Part shown: positions 55,492 to 64,000 of the stretch, in pieces | Layout of the letters: each line of letters starts with the position of its first letter | Numbering within the stretch: the stretch's first letter is position 1 | Source of the DNA: Verrucomicrobiia bacterium | GTDB taxonomy: Bacteria > Verrucomicrobiota > Verrucomicrobiia > Chthoniobacterales > UBA6821 | Assembly (NCBI GenBank): GCA_026398175.1 | Contig: JAPLTJ010000121.1 | Location: 3,357-67,356, forward strand | DNA: 64,000 nt | Direction of reading: 5' to 3' | Notes under the pieces: model-generated | Seen by the model: only the letters and a program-made list of their open reading frames with translations | Databases searched by the model: none | What the model was told of the DNA's origin: nothing | Made by a program: the position numbers and the translations under genes

Positions 55492-57702
55492 ATGAAAAAC
55501 CTAACTCACTTCTTAATCACACTTGCTTTGGTTGCCGTTGCTGCTCGAGGAGGTGATCAAAAACTTCCCATCGTTCAACAAAAAGCACTTGATGAAAATA
55601 GTATTTTGTTTGTACCACAAGGATACGACGCGAAGAACAATCCTTCCTTCGCTTTTGAAAAACCACTTAAGACAGTTGGACCTGTTCCTAAAAATTGGAA
55701 GCTTGTTCCTCATTTTTCATCGCATGGAACAAGCACGAAGGTTGTCCTTGATGTTCCCTTCCAGGCTTCTCTCTATGGGACGGGCGAGGTGACTGGATCG
55801 CTTTTGCGTAATGGAAAAGAAATCACGCTTTGGAATACTGATAATTCCACCTATGGTACGGCTCACGGTCGTCGGCTTTATCAATCGCATCCGTGGGTCT
55901 TGGGTGTCCGTCTTGATGGAAGCGCTTTTGGGATTATTTTTGACACAACCTGGAAGGCTCATTTAAAAACAACATCGCAGCAAATTATTTTCACAAGTGA
56001 GGGGCCTGCTTTTAGAGTTGTTATCCTCGAAGGAAAAACGCCGCAAGCCCTTGTTCGCAAACTAGCCGACCTTACTGGAAAAATACCGCTGCCACCAAAG
56101 TGGGCGATCGGTTTTCAACAATGCCGCTACTCCTATTACCCCGATAGCAAAGTGCGTGAGATCGCTGATCAATATCGGGCTCGTCATCTGCCGTGCGATG
56201 TCATCTGGCTCGACATTCATTTCATGGACGGGTATCGCGATTTTACTTTTGATCCTGAGCGATTCCCTGATCCAAAAGCAACAAACGATTATTTGCACAA
56301 GCATGGCTTTCATTCGGTCTGGATTGTCGATCCTGCAATAAAAATTGATCCCAACTATTTTGTTTATCAACAGGGCTCCAATTTGTTTTCTAATGAAAAT
56401 TTTAAAGTGGGTTCGAGCGTGGCAGGTTTGAAGACTGCTTGGGTGCTCACGAAAAATGGTCAACCTTTTCAAGGTGAGGTTTGGCCAGGAAAATCTGTCT
56501 TTCCCGATTATACAATGCCAGAGGTTCGCCATTGGTGGTCGGGACTCTATCACAATTTCTTAGCTCAGGGAATTGATGGTGTTTGGAATGACATGAATGA
56601 ACCTTCTGTTTTTACTGGTCCTCACCTCACCATGCCTGAAGATAACTGGCATCGCGGCGGAGGCGGGCTTCCAGCTGGCATTCACCGGATGTATCACAAT
56701 GTTTATGGAATGCTGATGGCATCAGCAACACGTGCTGGCATTCTTCATGAACGTCCTGACAAACGTCCTTTCCTTCTGTCGCGCTCTAACTATCTCGGAG
56801 GCCAACGCTATGCAACGACATGGACGGGTGACAATAGTTCCGGGATGCACTATTTGAAAATGTCGATTCCGATGGGGCTTAACCTAGGGCTTTCAGGATC
56901 ACCTTTCAACGGCGTTGACCTTGGTGGTTACGCAGGCAAAGAGAATTCTGATCTTTTTGGAAAATGGATTGTGTTGGCTGCGTTCTTTCCTTTTTCGCGA
57001 GCTCACACGGCTGTCTATAACCCGCCGCGCGAGCCATGGGTCTTTGGTCCCAAGATTGAAAACGTCACACGTACTAGTTTGGAACGTCGTTATCGGATGT
57101 TGCCTTACCTCTACACGCTCTTTTACAAAGCCTCGCAGCATGGCGATCCGATTATGCAACCGGTTTTCTTTGCCGATCCAAAAAATTTGCTGCTTCGTTC
57201 CGAGGATCAGGCATTTTTATTAGGTCAAGATCTCCTCGTTGTTCCGCGCTGGGCAAGCCTTCCGAGGTTGCCAGGTGGTATTTGGCGTAACGTTTCTCTT
57301 CTTCCTGGAAAACAAGAAGAAGAAGATGGCTATCAGCCTCGCATCAAGATTCGCGGTGGTGCCATCGTGCCGCTCGGACGTGTGATTCAAAATGCCAACG
57401 AAGAATCGCTGAAACCGTTGACGTTGCTTGTCTGCTTAAATGAAAAAGGAGAGGCGAGTGGAACCCTCTACGAAGATGCAGGCGAGGGCTTCGGTTATAA
57501 AACAGGAGGCTATGCTCTCACGCACTATCACGCTATTCGCAAAGGAAAGACCGTGACTGTAACCATGGAAAAGCGGGAAGGAAGTCGCTTTATTTCTGAT
57601 CGTCCCGTCCATGTGCAGCTGGTCGTCAATGGTCCTGATGTAGAAGCGACTGGGCTTGAATCGCAAGGAATTGTTTTGAAATTAAACAAACGTTGGTTTT
57701 AA
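55492..57702 (+). CDS. GH31 alpha-glucosidase, secreted
   Basis: Signal peptide, GH31 catalytic regions (DVIWLDIHFMDGYRDFT, GVWNDMNEP) and WTGDN. Confidence 0.9.
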   Translation: MKNLTHFLITLALVAVAARGGDQKLPIVQQKALDENSILFVPQGYDAKNNPSFAFEKPLKTVGPVPKNWKLVPHFSSHGTSTKVVLDVPFQASLYGTGEVTGSLLRNGKEITLWNTDNSTYGTAHGRRLYQSHPWVLGVRLDGSAFGIIFDTTWKAHLKTTSQQIIFTSEGPAFRVVILEGKTPQALVRKLADLTGKIPLPPKWAIGFQQCRYSYYPDSKVREIADQYRARHLPCDVIWLDIHFMDGYRDFTFDPERFPDPKATNDYLHKHGFHSVWIVDPAIKIDPNYFVYQQGSNLFSNENFKVGSSVAGLKTAWVLTKNGQPFQGEVWPGKSVFPDYTMPEVRHWWSGLYHNFLAQGIDGVWNDMNEPSVFTGPHLTMPEDNWHRGGGGLPAGIHRMYHNVYGMLMASATRAGILHERPDKRPFLLSRSNYLGGQRYATTWTGDNSSGMHYLKMSIPMGLNLGLSGSPFNGVDLGGYAGKENSDLFGKWIVLAAFFPFSRAHTAVYNPPREPWVFGPKIENVTRTSLERRYRMLPYLYTLFYKASQHGDPIMQPVFFADPKNLLLRSEDQAFLLGQDLLVVPRWASLPRLPGGIWRNVSLLPGKQEEEDGYQPRIKIRGGAIVPLGRVIQNANEESLKPLTLLVCLNEKGEASGTLYEDAGEGFGYKTGGYALTHYHAIRKGKTVTVTMEKREGSRFISDRPVHVQLVVNGPDVEATGLESQGIVLKLNKRWF

Positions 57703-57731
57703 ATGCTTAAAAAAATAAGGAACCACATCAA

Positions 57732-58403
57732 ATGCAAATTCACAGTTCTATTTCTCAATTGAATGGAGCCGCTTCAGCAGAAGGAACGCCAGCAGCATCA
57801 GGATGGAAGCCCGGCAAGATAGCAGGTCAGGTAGCAGGTAAGATAGGATCGATCTTTGGATTCAAGGCAAGTATTGCTTCTTCTCAACAACATAGTGATC
57901 ATGTTGAACAAAGTAATGCTACACAACAAGAGATTGAAAGTAGAATTATAGGGATTGATAAACACTTGCAAAGCTTATCATCAAAGGGGTCAATACAAGA
58001 ATCTGATCCTCTAAAGAGGCAGCTTCAGCAGGAGAGTTTGCACAACACAAAGATTACTCTTGGACAAGAAAAAGGTCGGTTGCTAGAACAACTAGCCAAT
58101 AAAAATTACAGACTTCCTACAAATTCAAGCAAAACCTCTGCTCCTCCTGGTTCTTCCTCGCCAGTCACTGTAGCGAGAACCCCATCACCTACAACAGGCT
58201 CGCGAGATCCAAAGCAAGTAGCGCTTCAACAATATCAAAGCGATAAAAAACAAATCGCAGCGAATCAAAGACTCATGGATCAGCCAGGTGGTATTTTTAG
58301 TGCTGCCCAAAAAAGCGCGATAGCGCAAGACACCTGGAATCGTCAGCAAAAAACAGAGGAATACGAACAGAAACATCCGGAAGTTTTGCAAAATAATTCA
58401 TAA
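57732..58403 (+). CDS. Hypothetical Gln/Ser-rich disordered protein
   Basis: 223-aa ORF with no signal peptide, TM segment or recognisable domain. Confidence 0.4.
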   Translation: MQIHSSISQLNGAASAEGTPAASGWKPGKIAGQVAGKIGSIFGFKASIASSQQHSDHVEQSNATQQEIESRIIGIDKHLQSLSSKGSIQESDPLKRQLQQESLHNTKITLGQEKGRLLEQLANKNYRLPTNSSKTSAPPGSSSPVTVARTPSPTTGSRDPKQVALQQYQSDKKQIAANQRLMDQPGGIFSAAQKSAIAQDTWNRQQKTEEYEQKHPEVLQNNS

Positions 58404-58411
58404 AAATTTTC

Positions 58412-58440
58412 TTGCCACTTTTTCAATTCACTGTTACTTT
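58412..58440 (+). promoter_or_regulatory. Candidate sigma70-type promoter for rpmI (TTGCCA-N17-TACTTT)
   Basis: The hexamers and spacing were read directly. It lies 10 nt upstream of the rpmI ATG. Confidence 0.35.
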
Positions 58441-58450
58441 TTTCCGCCTC

Positions 58451-58660
58451 ATGCCAAAAGCAATCGCACGTAGTAAAACAAAGAAGTCTGTTGCAAAACG
58501 ATTCAAAATCACTGCAACGGGTAAAGTCATTCGCTCCAAAGCAGGCCGCCGCCACTTGCTGGAATGTAAAAATTCCAAATTAAAACGCAATATGGGCAAG
58601 CGCGCTGTGGTGGAAGCTTGTGATGTTAAACACATCAAAGCTAATCTTCCTTGGGGATAA
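58451..58660 (+). CDS. rpmI: 50S ribosomal protein L35
   Basis: MPKAIARSKTKKSVAKRFKITATGKV. Confidence 0.9.
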   Translation: MPKAIARSKTKKSVAKRFKITATGKVIRSKAGRRHLLECKNSKLKRNMGKRAVVEACDVKHIKANLPWG

Positions 58661-58788
58661 GATTTTCATTGATTCACGGGACTGGATGTTCGTTTTGAAT
58701 GTTCTAACCGGGCGGGTGAGTTCCTGAATCATTAACTAACAAACAGCCTGCCCGAGGAGACTCTTTGCGAAAGCAAAGAGATTTACAT
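58661..58788 (+). promoter_or_regulatory. Structured 128-nt rpmI-rplT spacer (possible L20-responsive leader)
   Basis: CGGGCGGG...CCTGCCCG forms a long-range stem (7 WC + 1 G.U). CTCTTTGC-GAAA-GCAAAGAG is a perfect 8-bp GNRA hairpin at 58765-58784, 4 nt before the rplT ATG. Confidence 0.35.
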
Positions 58789-59157
58789 ATGCCTAGAGCC
58801 ACTAACTCTCCCGCGAGTCGCGCACGTCGCAAGCGGGTCATTGATGAAGCCGCTGGTTATCGCGGTCGCCGTTCCAAACTTTTCCGCTATGCAAAAGATG
58901 CGCGGATGAAAGCCAAGTATTGGGCTTATCGTGATCGTAAGACACGGAAGCGCAATGTTCGCTCACTCTGGATTGCTCGTCTTAATGCAGCAGTTCGTGC
59001 AGAATCAATCACCTACAGCCGTTTTATGGAAGGCATGAAAGCAGCAGCGATCACTCTTGATCGTAAAGTGCTTTCTGATCTTGCCATCAACGATGCGAAG
59101 GCTTTTTCTGTCATCGTAGCTCAAGCAAAAGCAGCGCTAGCTAAGAAAAGCAAGTAA
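58789..59157 (+). CDS. rplT: 50S ribosomal protein L20
   Basis: MPRATNSPASRARRKRV..AKGYRGRRS-like N-terminus and the expected length. Confidence 0.93.
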   Translation: MPRATNSPASRARRKRVIDEAAGYRGRRSKLFRYAKDARMKAKYWAYRDRKTRKRNVRSLWIARLNAAVRAESITYSRFMEGMKAAAITLDRKVLSDLAINDAKAFSVIVAQAKAALAKKSK

Positions 59158-59313
59158 AGAGTGAAGGGTGAAGGGTAAAGAGTGGCTGGCGCAAATAATG
59201 AAATTCCATTTTTCAAAAGACAATATTCTAGAAAAACACGAATTCCTAATTGCTCATTTGATGTTCGATCTTAAAATTCAGAACTCTTTACTCTTTACTC
59301 TTCACGCTTTACC
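59154..59313 (+). repeat. Arm pair (GTAAAGA/GTGAAGG vs CTCTTTA/CTCTTCA) between rplT and pheS
   Basis: GTAAAGAGTGAAGGGTGAAGGGTAAAGAG contains the rplT TAA. It pairs with CTCTTTACTCTTTACTCTTCACGCTTTAC as 25 WC + 3 G.U + 1 mismatch of 29 (hand count). The spacer is 98 nt. Confidence 0.85.
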
Positions 59314-59330
59314 GCGTTGTGAAACAACGC
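59314..59330 (+). promoter_or_regulatory. Small hairpin immediately 5' of the pheS start codon
   Basis: GCGTTGT-GAA-ACAACGC ends 1 nt before the ATG. Confidence 0.35.
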
Positions 59331-59331
59331 T

Positions 59332-60342
59332 ATGAATATCGAGATTGATCAGCTTCAACAAAAAGCTCTAGCGGCCTTGGAAGCCTCTTCTGATGAGGCT
59401 TCGCTGAAGGAAGCGCGAGTTCATTATCTCGGTAAAGCAGGTGCCATTTCTCAATTAAGCGAAGGGATGCGCTGTCTTTCCAAAGAGGAGCGTCCTGTCG
59501 TCGGAAAGTTGTTGAATGAGCTGCGAACCTCTTTTACAGGGGCTCTCGAGGCCAAAGAAGCACAACTTGGAGCGGTAGCAGATGCGGCTCTTTTTGCGGA
59601 GCTTGATTCAACGCTTCCGGGGACGCCTTTGATTCAAGGCGGATTGCATCCGCTCACACTCTTGACGGATCGCGCGATTCAGATTTTTCGTCGGCTTGGG
59701 TTTGCTCTTGCGACAGGTCCTGATATTGACACCGAGTGGCGTTGCTTTGATGCCCTCAATACGCCGTCGCATCATCCAGCGCGCAATGATCAAGATACTT
59801 TTTATTTTCCTGATGGTCGTTTGCTGAGAACGCAGACTTCTACCGTTCAAATTCGGGCGATGGAGCAAGCGCCACCGCCTTTGCGCATCATTGCTCCTGG
59901 ATCGGCTTATCGACGTGATGAAATTGATGCGACGCATCTTTCTCAATTCACGCAAATGGAAGTTCTCTGCGTGGCTCCTGGAATTACGTTGGCTGATCTC
60001 AAAGGAACAGCGGAGTTTTTCTATCGTGAACTTTTTGGTCCTGAAATCGAGTGTCGCTTCCGACCTCATTTTTTCCCCTTCACCGAGCCGAGCTTCGAAA
60101 TTGATGTCCGCTCGTCGCTGCTTTCTAACAAATGGTTGGAGCTTGCTGGTTGTGGCATGGTCGATCCAGCGGTCTTTAAGGCAATCAATCAAAAACGTGG
60201 CGATAATGCCTATGATCCCGACAAAGTGAGCGGCTTCGCCTTTGGCTTCGGTCTGGAGCGCCTCGTCATGATCCTGACAGGAACTCCTGATATTCGCATG
60301 CTGACCGAAAATGATCTTCGGTTTTTAGAACGGTTTGTCTGA
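59332..60342 (+). CDS. pheS: Phenylalanine--tRNA ligase alpha subunit
   Basis: Class II motifs (FRPHFFPFTEPS, GFAFGFGLERL). Confidence 0.95.
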   Translation: MNIEIDQLQQKALAALEASSDEASLKEARVHYLGKAGAISQLSEGMRCLSKEERPVVGKLLNELRTSFTGALEAKEAQLGAVADAALFAELDSTLPGTPLIQGGLHPLTLLTDRAIQIFRRLGFALATGPDIDTEWRCFDALNTPSHHPARNDQDTFYFPDGRLLRTQTSTVQIRAMEQAPPPLRIIAPGSAYRRDEIDATHLSQFTQMEVLCVAPGITLADLKGTAEFFYRELFGPEIECRFRPHFFPFTEPSFEIDVRSSLLSNKWLELAGCGMVDPAVFKAINQKRGDNAYDPDKVSGFAFGFGLERLVMILTGTPDIRMLTENDLRFLERFV

Positions 60343-60344
60343 TT

Positions 60345-62702
60345 ATGAAAATTTCTCTCTCTTGGCTAGGCGACTATCTTAAGACCACTCAGACTGCAGA
60401 GCAGCTTGCTGAGACGCTGACGCGTTCGGGGATTGAGGTAAAGTCGATCGTCTCGCACGGAGCTGCTATCCCAAAAGTTGTCGCTGCTCAAATTTTGGAA
60501 TCAAGTCAGCATCCCGATGCCGATCGTCTCCGTGTTTGTAAAGTTGATGATGGAAGTGGAGCGCCGCGTCAAATTGTTTGTGGCGCTAAAAATTACAAAG
60601 TTGGGGACAAGATTCTACTAGCCTTGCCTGGAGCCGCTCTTCCGGGTGGTGTCAAAATTAAAGTTGGCAAGTTGCGTGGCGTTGAGAGCGAAGGAATGAT
60701 GTGTAGTTCAAAAGAACTCGGATTGGGCGAAGGAGTTGATGGCCTTCATATTCTCCCGCCAGAAACAATGATAGGCACGGAGCTCGGCGCGCTCTTTCCA
60801 GCTGATGATATTTTAGAATTGGAAATCACACCCAATCGTCCTGATTGGCTCGGTTATCTTGGTGTGGCTCGGGAAGCCTCTGTTTTTGGGGCTGGAGAGT
60901 TCAGCGAACATTCTGTTGAACTTCCTGCAACAATCGAAGACAAAAATGTGACGACAATCACAGCGCACAACGCCTGTCCTTTTTATAGTATTCGACGCAT
61001 TGATGGCATCACGATGAATCCAAGTCCCTCTTGGCTCGTGCAGCGGCTTGCCGTCATGGACGCAAGGTCGATCAATCTTGTTGTTGATCTTGCCAATTAT
61101 GTGATGTTTGAGACAGCGCAACCGTTGCATGCCTTTGATGCCGATAAGATCCAAGGAGCTTTAAACGTTCGGTTTGCTCGAGAGGAGGAAAAATTGGAAG
61201 CTCTTGATGGAAAAATATATCAACTGCGGCCTTCCGATCTTGTGATTGCTGATGATCAAGGAGTACAAGCATTAGCTGGCATCATTGGAGGAATGAAGAG
61301 TGGCGTGACTGAAAAGACGACTTCGATATTGCTAGAAAGTGCTGTTTTTGATCTCGCCACAGTGGCTGCTTCGCTTCGCTTTCATGGAATTAACACGGAA
61401 GGGGGCTATCGTTTTGAACGTGGCAATCGAGCTGGCACGCTGGAAGCTTCTGCGCGCGTGGCGGCGCTGCTTGCAGAGCTCGCTGGAGGCATCGTTTCGG
61501 AAAATCTTTTTATAGCAGGTCATTTTCCAGAGCCGCTCCAGATCGAACTCAGGGGTGATCAGGTACGTCAACTTCTTGGCGCTGAGATTACTGATCAGCA
61601 GATCGATGGGTATTTAAAAAAACTAGGACTGATCAAAAAAGAAAGTGCTTGGTTCATTCCATCATGGCGCCCCGATTTACTTCGTTCCGTTGATTTGATC
61701 GAAGAAGTCTCGCGGGTGCATGGCATTGAGGCAATCAAGTCTCGTTACATGGCCTTTCCAGCTCCTTCGAGCAAGGAAGATCAGGCCTACGATCAGATGA
61801 TGATGTTGCGACGGAGATTAGCAGCAGGTGGATTTTTTGAAGCTCGCACGGGTACCTTGGTTGCCAAAGAAGTTGCTAATGAAAAAAATATTGCTCTTCG
61901 CAATCCGATGGGAGAACAGCAAGCGGTCTTGAGAACGAGTTTGCTTCCAGGCTTAAAAAAAGTGCTGCAGCATAATTTGCATCAGGGAATTTCTTCAGCG
62001 CGACTTTTCGAACTTGGAAAAATTTATCAACAATCTGAGGCGCCTGATTGTGAAGAAAAATTTTCTTTAGCTCTGATGACAACAGGAGCAGCTGTTCCAA
62101 TGTCATGGAGATCGGACTCACAACGATCGCTCGATCTCTATGATCTCAAAGGAATGATTGATCAACTCGTGCCAGGAAAAATAAATTATCAATCTTGGGA
62201 GGAGCCTCTCCCTCCAGGCATGAGTCTGATGTTGTCTGTTTTTTGCGACACGCACCGCCTTGGCTATGTCGGACTTCTTCATCCATCGGCAGCTCGGGAG
62301 CTGATGCTCACAGGCCAAGAACATCCTGTCGCCGTGGCTGAGCTGGATGTGGCAATGCTTTGTAATGTGATTGAGCAAGAGGAGTGGAACAAAGGAGGAG
62401 TGCTCACTCGTTTTCCGGCGATGGTTCGCGATATCGCTCTCATCGTCGACAAGTCAGTCGCTTATGCCTCCTTGGAAAAGGTGCTGCTTTCCTCTCAGGA
62501 AGAGCTTTTGCGGTCGGTGACGCCTTTTGATATTTTTACCGATCCTTCTGGTGAAAAAATTGCGGTTGATAAAAAATCAGTCGCACTCTCTTTGAAATTT
62601 CAACACGACGAGCGGACCTTGACTGCCCAGGAAGTTGGTGAGACTTGCGAGCGATTGATAGCGTTATTAGAAAAATCTCTGCATGTTGAAATAAGGAAGT
62701 GA
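60345..62702 (+). CDS. pheT: Phenylalanine--tRNA ligase beta subunit
   Basis: MKISLSWL, the tRNA-binding OB domain, B3/4, B5 and FDX-ACB domains. It starts 2 nt after pheS. Confidence 0.95.
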   Translation: MKISLSWLGDYLKTTQTAEQLAETLTRSGIEVKSIVSHGAAIPKVVAAQILESSQHPDADRLRVCKVDDGSGAPRQIVCGAKNYKVGDKILLALPGAALPGGVKIKVGKLRGVESEGMMCSSKELGLGEGVDGLHILPPETMIGTELGALFPADDILELEITPNRPDWLGYLGVAREASVFGAGEFSEHSVELPATIEDKNVTTITAHNACPFYSIRRIDGITMNPSPSWLVQRLAVMDARSINLVVDLANYVMFETAQPLHAFDADKIQGALNVRFAREEEKLEALDGKIYQLRPSDLVIADDQGVQALAGIIGGMKSGVTEKTTSILLESAVFDLATVAASLRFHGINTEGGYRFERGNRAGTLEASARVAALLAELAGGIVSENLFIAGHFPEPLQIELRGDQVRQLLGAEITDQQIDGYLKKLGLIKKESAWFIPSWRPDLLRSVDLIEEVSRVHGIEAIKSRYMAFPAPSSKEDQAYDQMMMLRRRLAAGGFFEARTGTLVAKEVANEKNIALRNPMGEQQAVLRTSLLPGLKKVLQHNLHQGISSARLFELGKIYQQSEAPDCEEKFSLALMTTGAAVPMSWRSDSQRSLDLYDLKGMIDQLVPGKINYQSWEEPLPPGMSLMLSVFCDTHRLGYVGLLHPSAARELMLTGQEHPVAVAELDVAMLCNVIEQEEWNKGGVLTRFPAMVRDIALIVDKSVAYASLEKVLLSSQEELLRSVTPFDIFTDPSGEKIAVDKKSVALSLKFQHDERTLTAQEVGETCERLIALLEKSLHVEIRK

Positions 62703-62827
62703 TTTGTAGGCGTTCAGATGAACGATTCCGTTCTGCTAATCCTTGATCAACTGAGCTTCAGCAAAAGGGATTGCTTACACTGGTTCAGTAGATAGAGCGT
62801 CATCAGGGCTTGGAATGGTTTTTCAAG

Positions 62828-63994
62828 TTAACTTATTTCAACGTTTCTTTCAATTTCTGTTATTAAAGCGAGTGTTGTTGTTGCGAAAGCTAAATTTCCC
62901 TGAATCAAGATTTTTTCGTCTTCTAAGGAGTGACCAAGCCGCAATTCGTGAAAGGTTCTTTGAATCAAAGCTAGGAATGAAGGGGCGTATATGATTTCAT
63001 CAGCATCATCATTCTGTTTCTTAGCTTTATCAGCTAATCCTTTGAGTGCAGTCTTAAGTTGTTGTTTCAGTTGAGAAACTTGATGAGAAATTTCATCTAC
63101 ATTTTTAGCAACACGATCATTTTTGCTCAAATGTGGGGTCAGTTTTAATGCTTTTCCATTGGAGGTTAGAGTAGTGCAGAGGTCTCTAACAACAGTTTTA
63201 GCTAGCGTTACTTCTTCTTGAAGAAGTGTTGTTGCTGGTTCTAAGAATTGTTTAAAATTGTAAGCATTGAGATTAATAGGAGCTGAGCTTCCGAGTTCGT
63301 AGTAATTATGTTTTTCTTTTAATTCTTTCAAAGCTGCGGCAAGAGCTCTTGTTTCCAGAATAAGCTTGTGAGCGTTTGTTAGCGTTTTAGGAATATCCGT
63401 TGTCGTTCTTGTTAAGAGTGTTGAGAGGTCCAGAGAAAGAGATCTTGCTTGTGGGAAAGGAGAAGGGTGGTCAGCTATATCTTGAGCTAAGCCTGAGATG
63501 TTAGTTTTCAAGATGCTGATATCTTGCGGTAATGAAGAAACTTCGTCATCAAGACATTCTAGTTTATCAGCAATGGCTTTAACAGTCACTGCTGCATCCC
63601 TAATATAGCGAGCATTAGCTATTAAAGTATTGGTTCTCTCTAAAACTTGCTTGGTCAGTCGGTGACTTAGTCCAACAGAGGGAGCGGTAGGAAGAGAGAT
63701 ATCTAGTTTGATGGATTTTAGTGTTGGGTTTAATTCTCTAACAGCACTTTGGACAACGGTGTGGAGTTGGCGTTGATAGAAAGGCATTGCTGGTGAAGGC
63801 CCTCCTTCGCTTTCAGCAAGAGAAAGATCAAGGTTGATAGCTCGAAGAGTTGGATTCAGAGCGCTTGCTAAGGTTTTGTTGGTTACTTCTTGGACATATC
63901 CTCCCCATTGTGAGGTAGCAGCTTGTTCCTGCTCGGGCTTAGGAAAAGCGTACTGAGCAATATGAGGGCCAAAATTCTTTTCCAGAGATTGCAT
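62828..63994 (-). CDS. Hypothetical helical/coiled-coil protein with an internal LNPTL+I+LD+SL repeat
   Basis: 388-aa ORF with no signal peptide or TM segment. The repeated motif occurs at aa 46-59 and 88-101. Confidence 0.45.
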   Translation of the reverse strand: MQSLEKNFGPHIAQYAFPKPEQEQAATSQWGGYVQEVTNKTLASALNPTLRAINLDLSLAESEGGPSPAMPFYQRQLHTVVQSAVRELNPTLKSIKLDISLPTAPSVGLSHRLTKQVLERTNTLIANARYIRDAAVTVKAIADKLECLDDEVSSLPQDISILKTNISGLAQDIADHPSPFPQARSLSLDLSTLLTRTTTDIPKTLTNAHKLILETRALAAALKELKEKHNYYELGSSAPINLNAYNFKQFLEPATTLLQEEVTLAKTVVRDLCTTLTSNGKALKLTPHLSKNDRVAKNVDEISHQVSQLKQQLKTALKGLADKAKKQNDDADEIIYAPSFLALIQRTFHELRLGHSLEDEKILIQGNLAFATTTLALITEIERNVEIS

Positions 63995-64000
63995 TAATGT

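Overview
About 59 protein-coding genes on both strands; I found no rRNA, tRNA or CRISPR array by eye. The gene content looks like a free-living or host-associated member of the PVC group (Verrucomicrobia-like), but that is only a guess. Housekeeping genes: lspA (partial), ffh, rpsP, sufC-sufB-sufD, an IscA/ErpA-type Fe-S carrier, mutL, rpmI-rplT and pheS-pheT. Accessory content: (i) A glycan island at about 19.8-38.5 kb contains rfbF-rfbG-rfbH (CDP-3,6-dideoxyhexose), an acetolactate-synthase-like TPP enzyme, SDR reductases, methyltransferases, a NeuB-like synthase and a polyprenyl-phosphate GT2 plus YfhO-like GT-C pair. Three paralogous ParE-type toxin-antitoxin cassettes are interspersed in it. 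(ii) An AaeXAB/YdhIJK-like efflux operon with a divergent TolC gene and a trailing orphan GspF. (iii) A SulP-beta-carbonic-anhydrase fusion, an AbrB/PIN pair, a Hanks-type kinase and several disordered proteins without signal peptides. The most unusual signals are non-coding. (a) At 11 intergenic loci, short tandem-word 'arms' (period 7-9 nt, almost G-free on the sense strand) sit 0-34 nt before start codons. They are usually paired with a complementary arm at the upstream stop codon. This predicts 25-30 bp long-range stems whose mismatches are G.U-compatible only on the sense strand. (b) A MITE-like element of about 300 bp occurs in six copies (one is a 129-bp short form). It has TGTCCAAAATAAA termini and two copies of the palindrome GTCATTCCAGCGGACGCTGGAATGAC, and two copies are inserted inside the rfb and suf operons. 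All calls come from reading the sequence and the ORF track. No database search was run.
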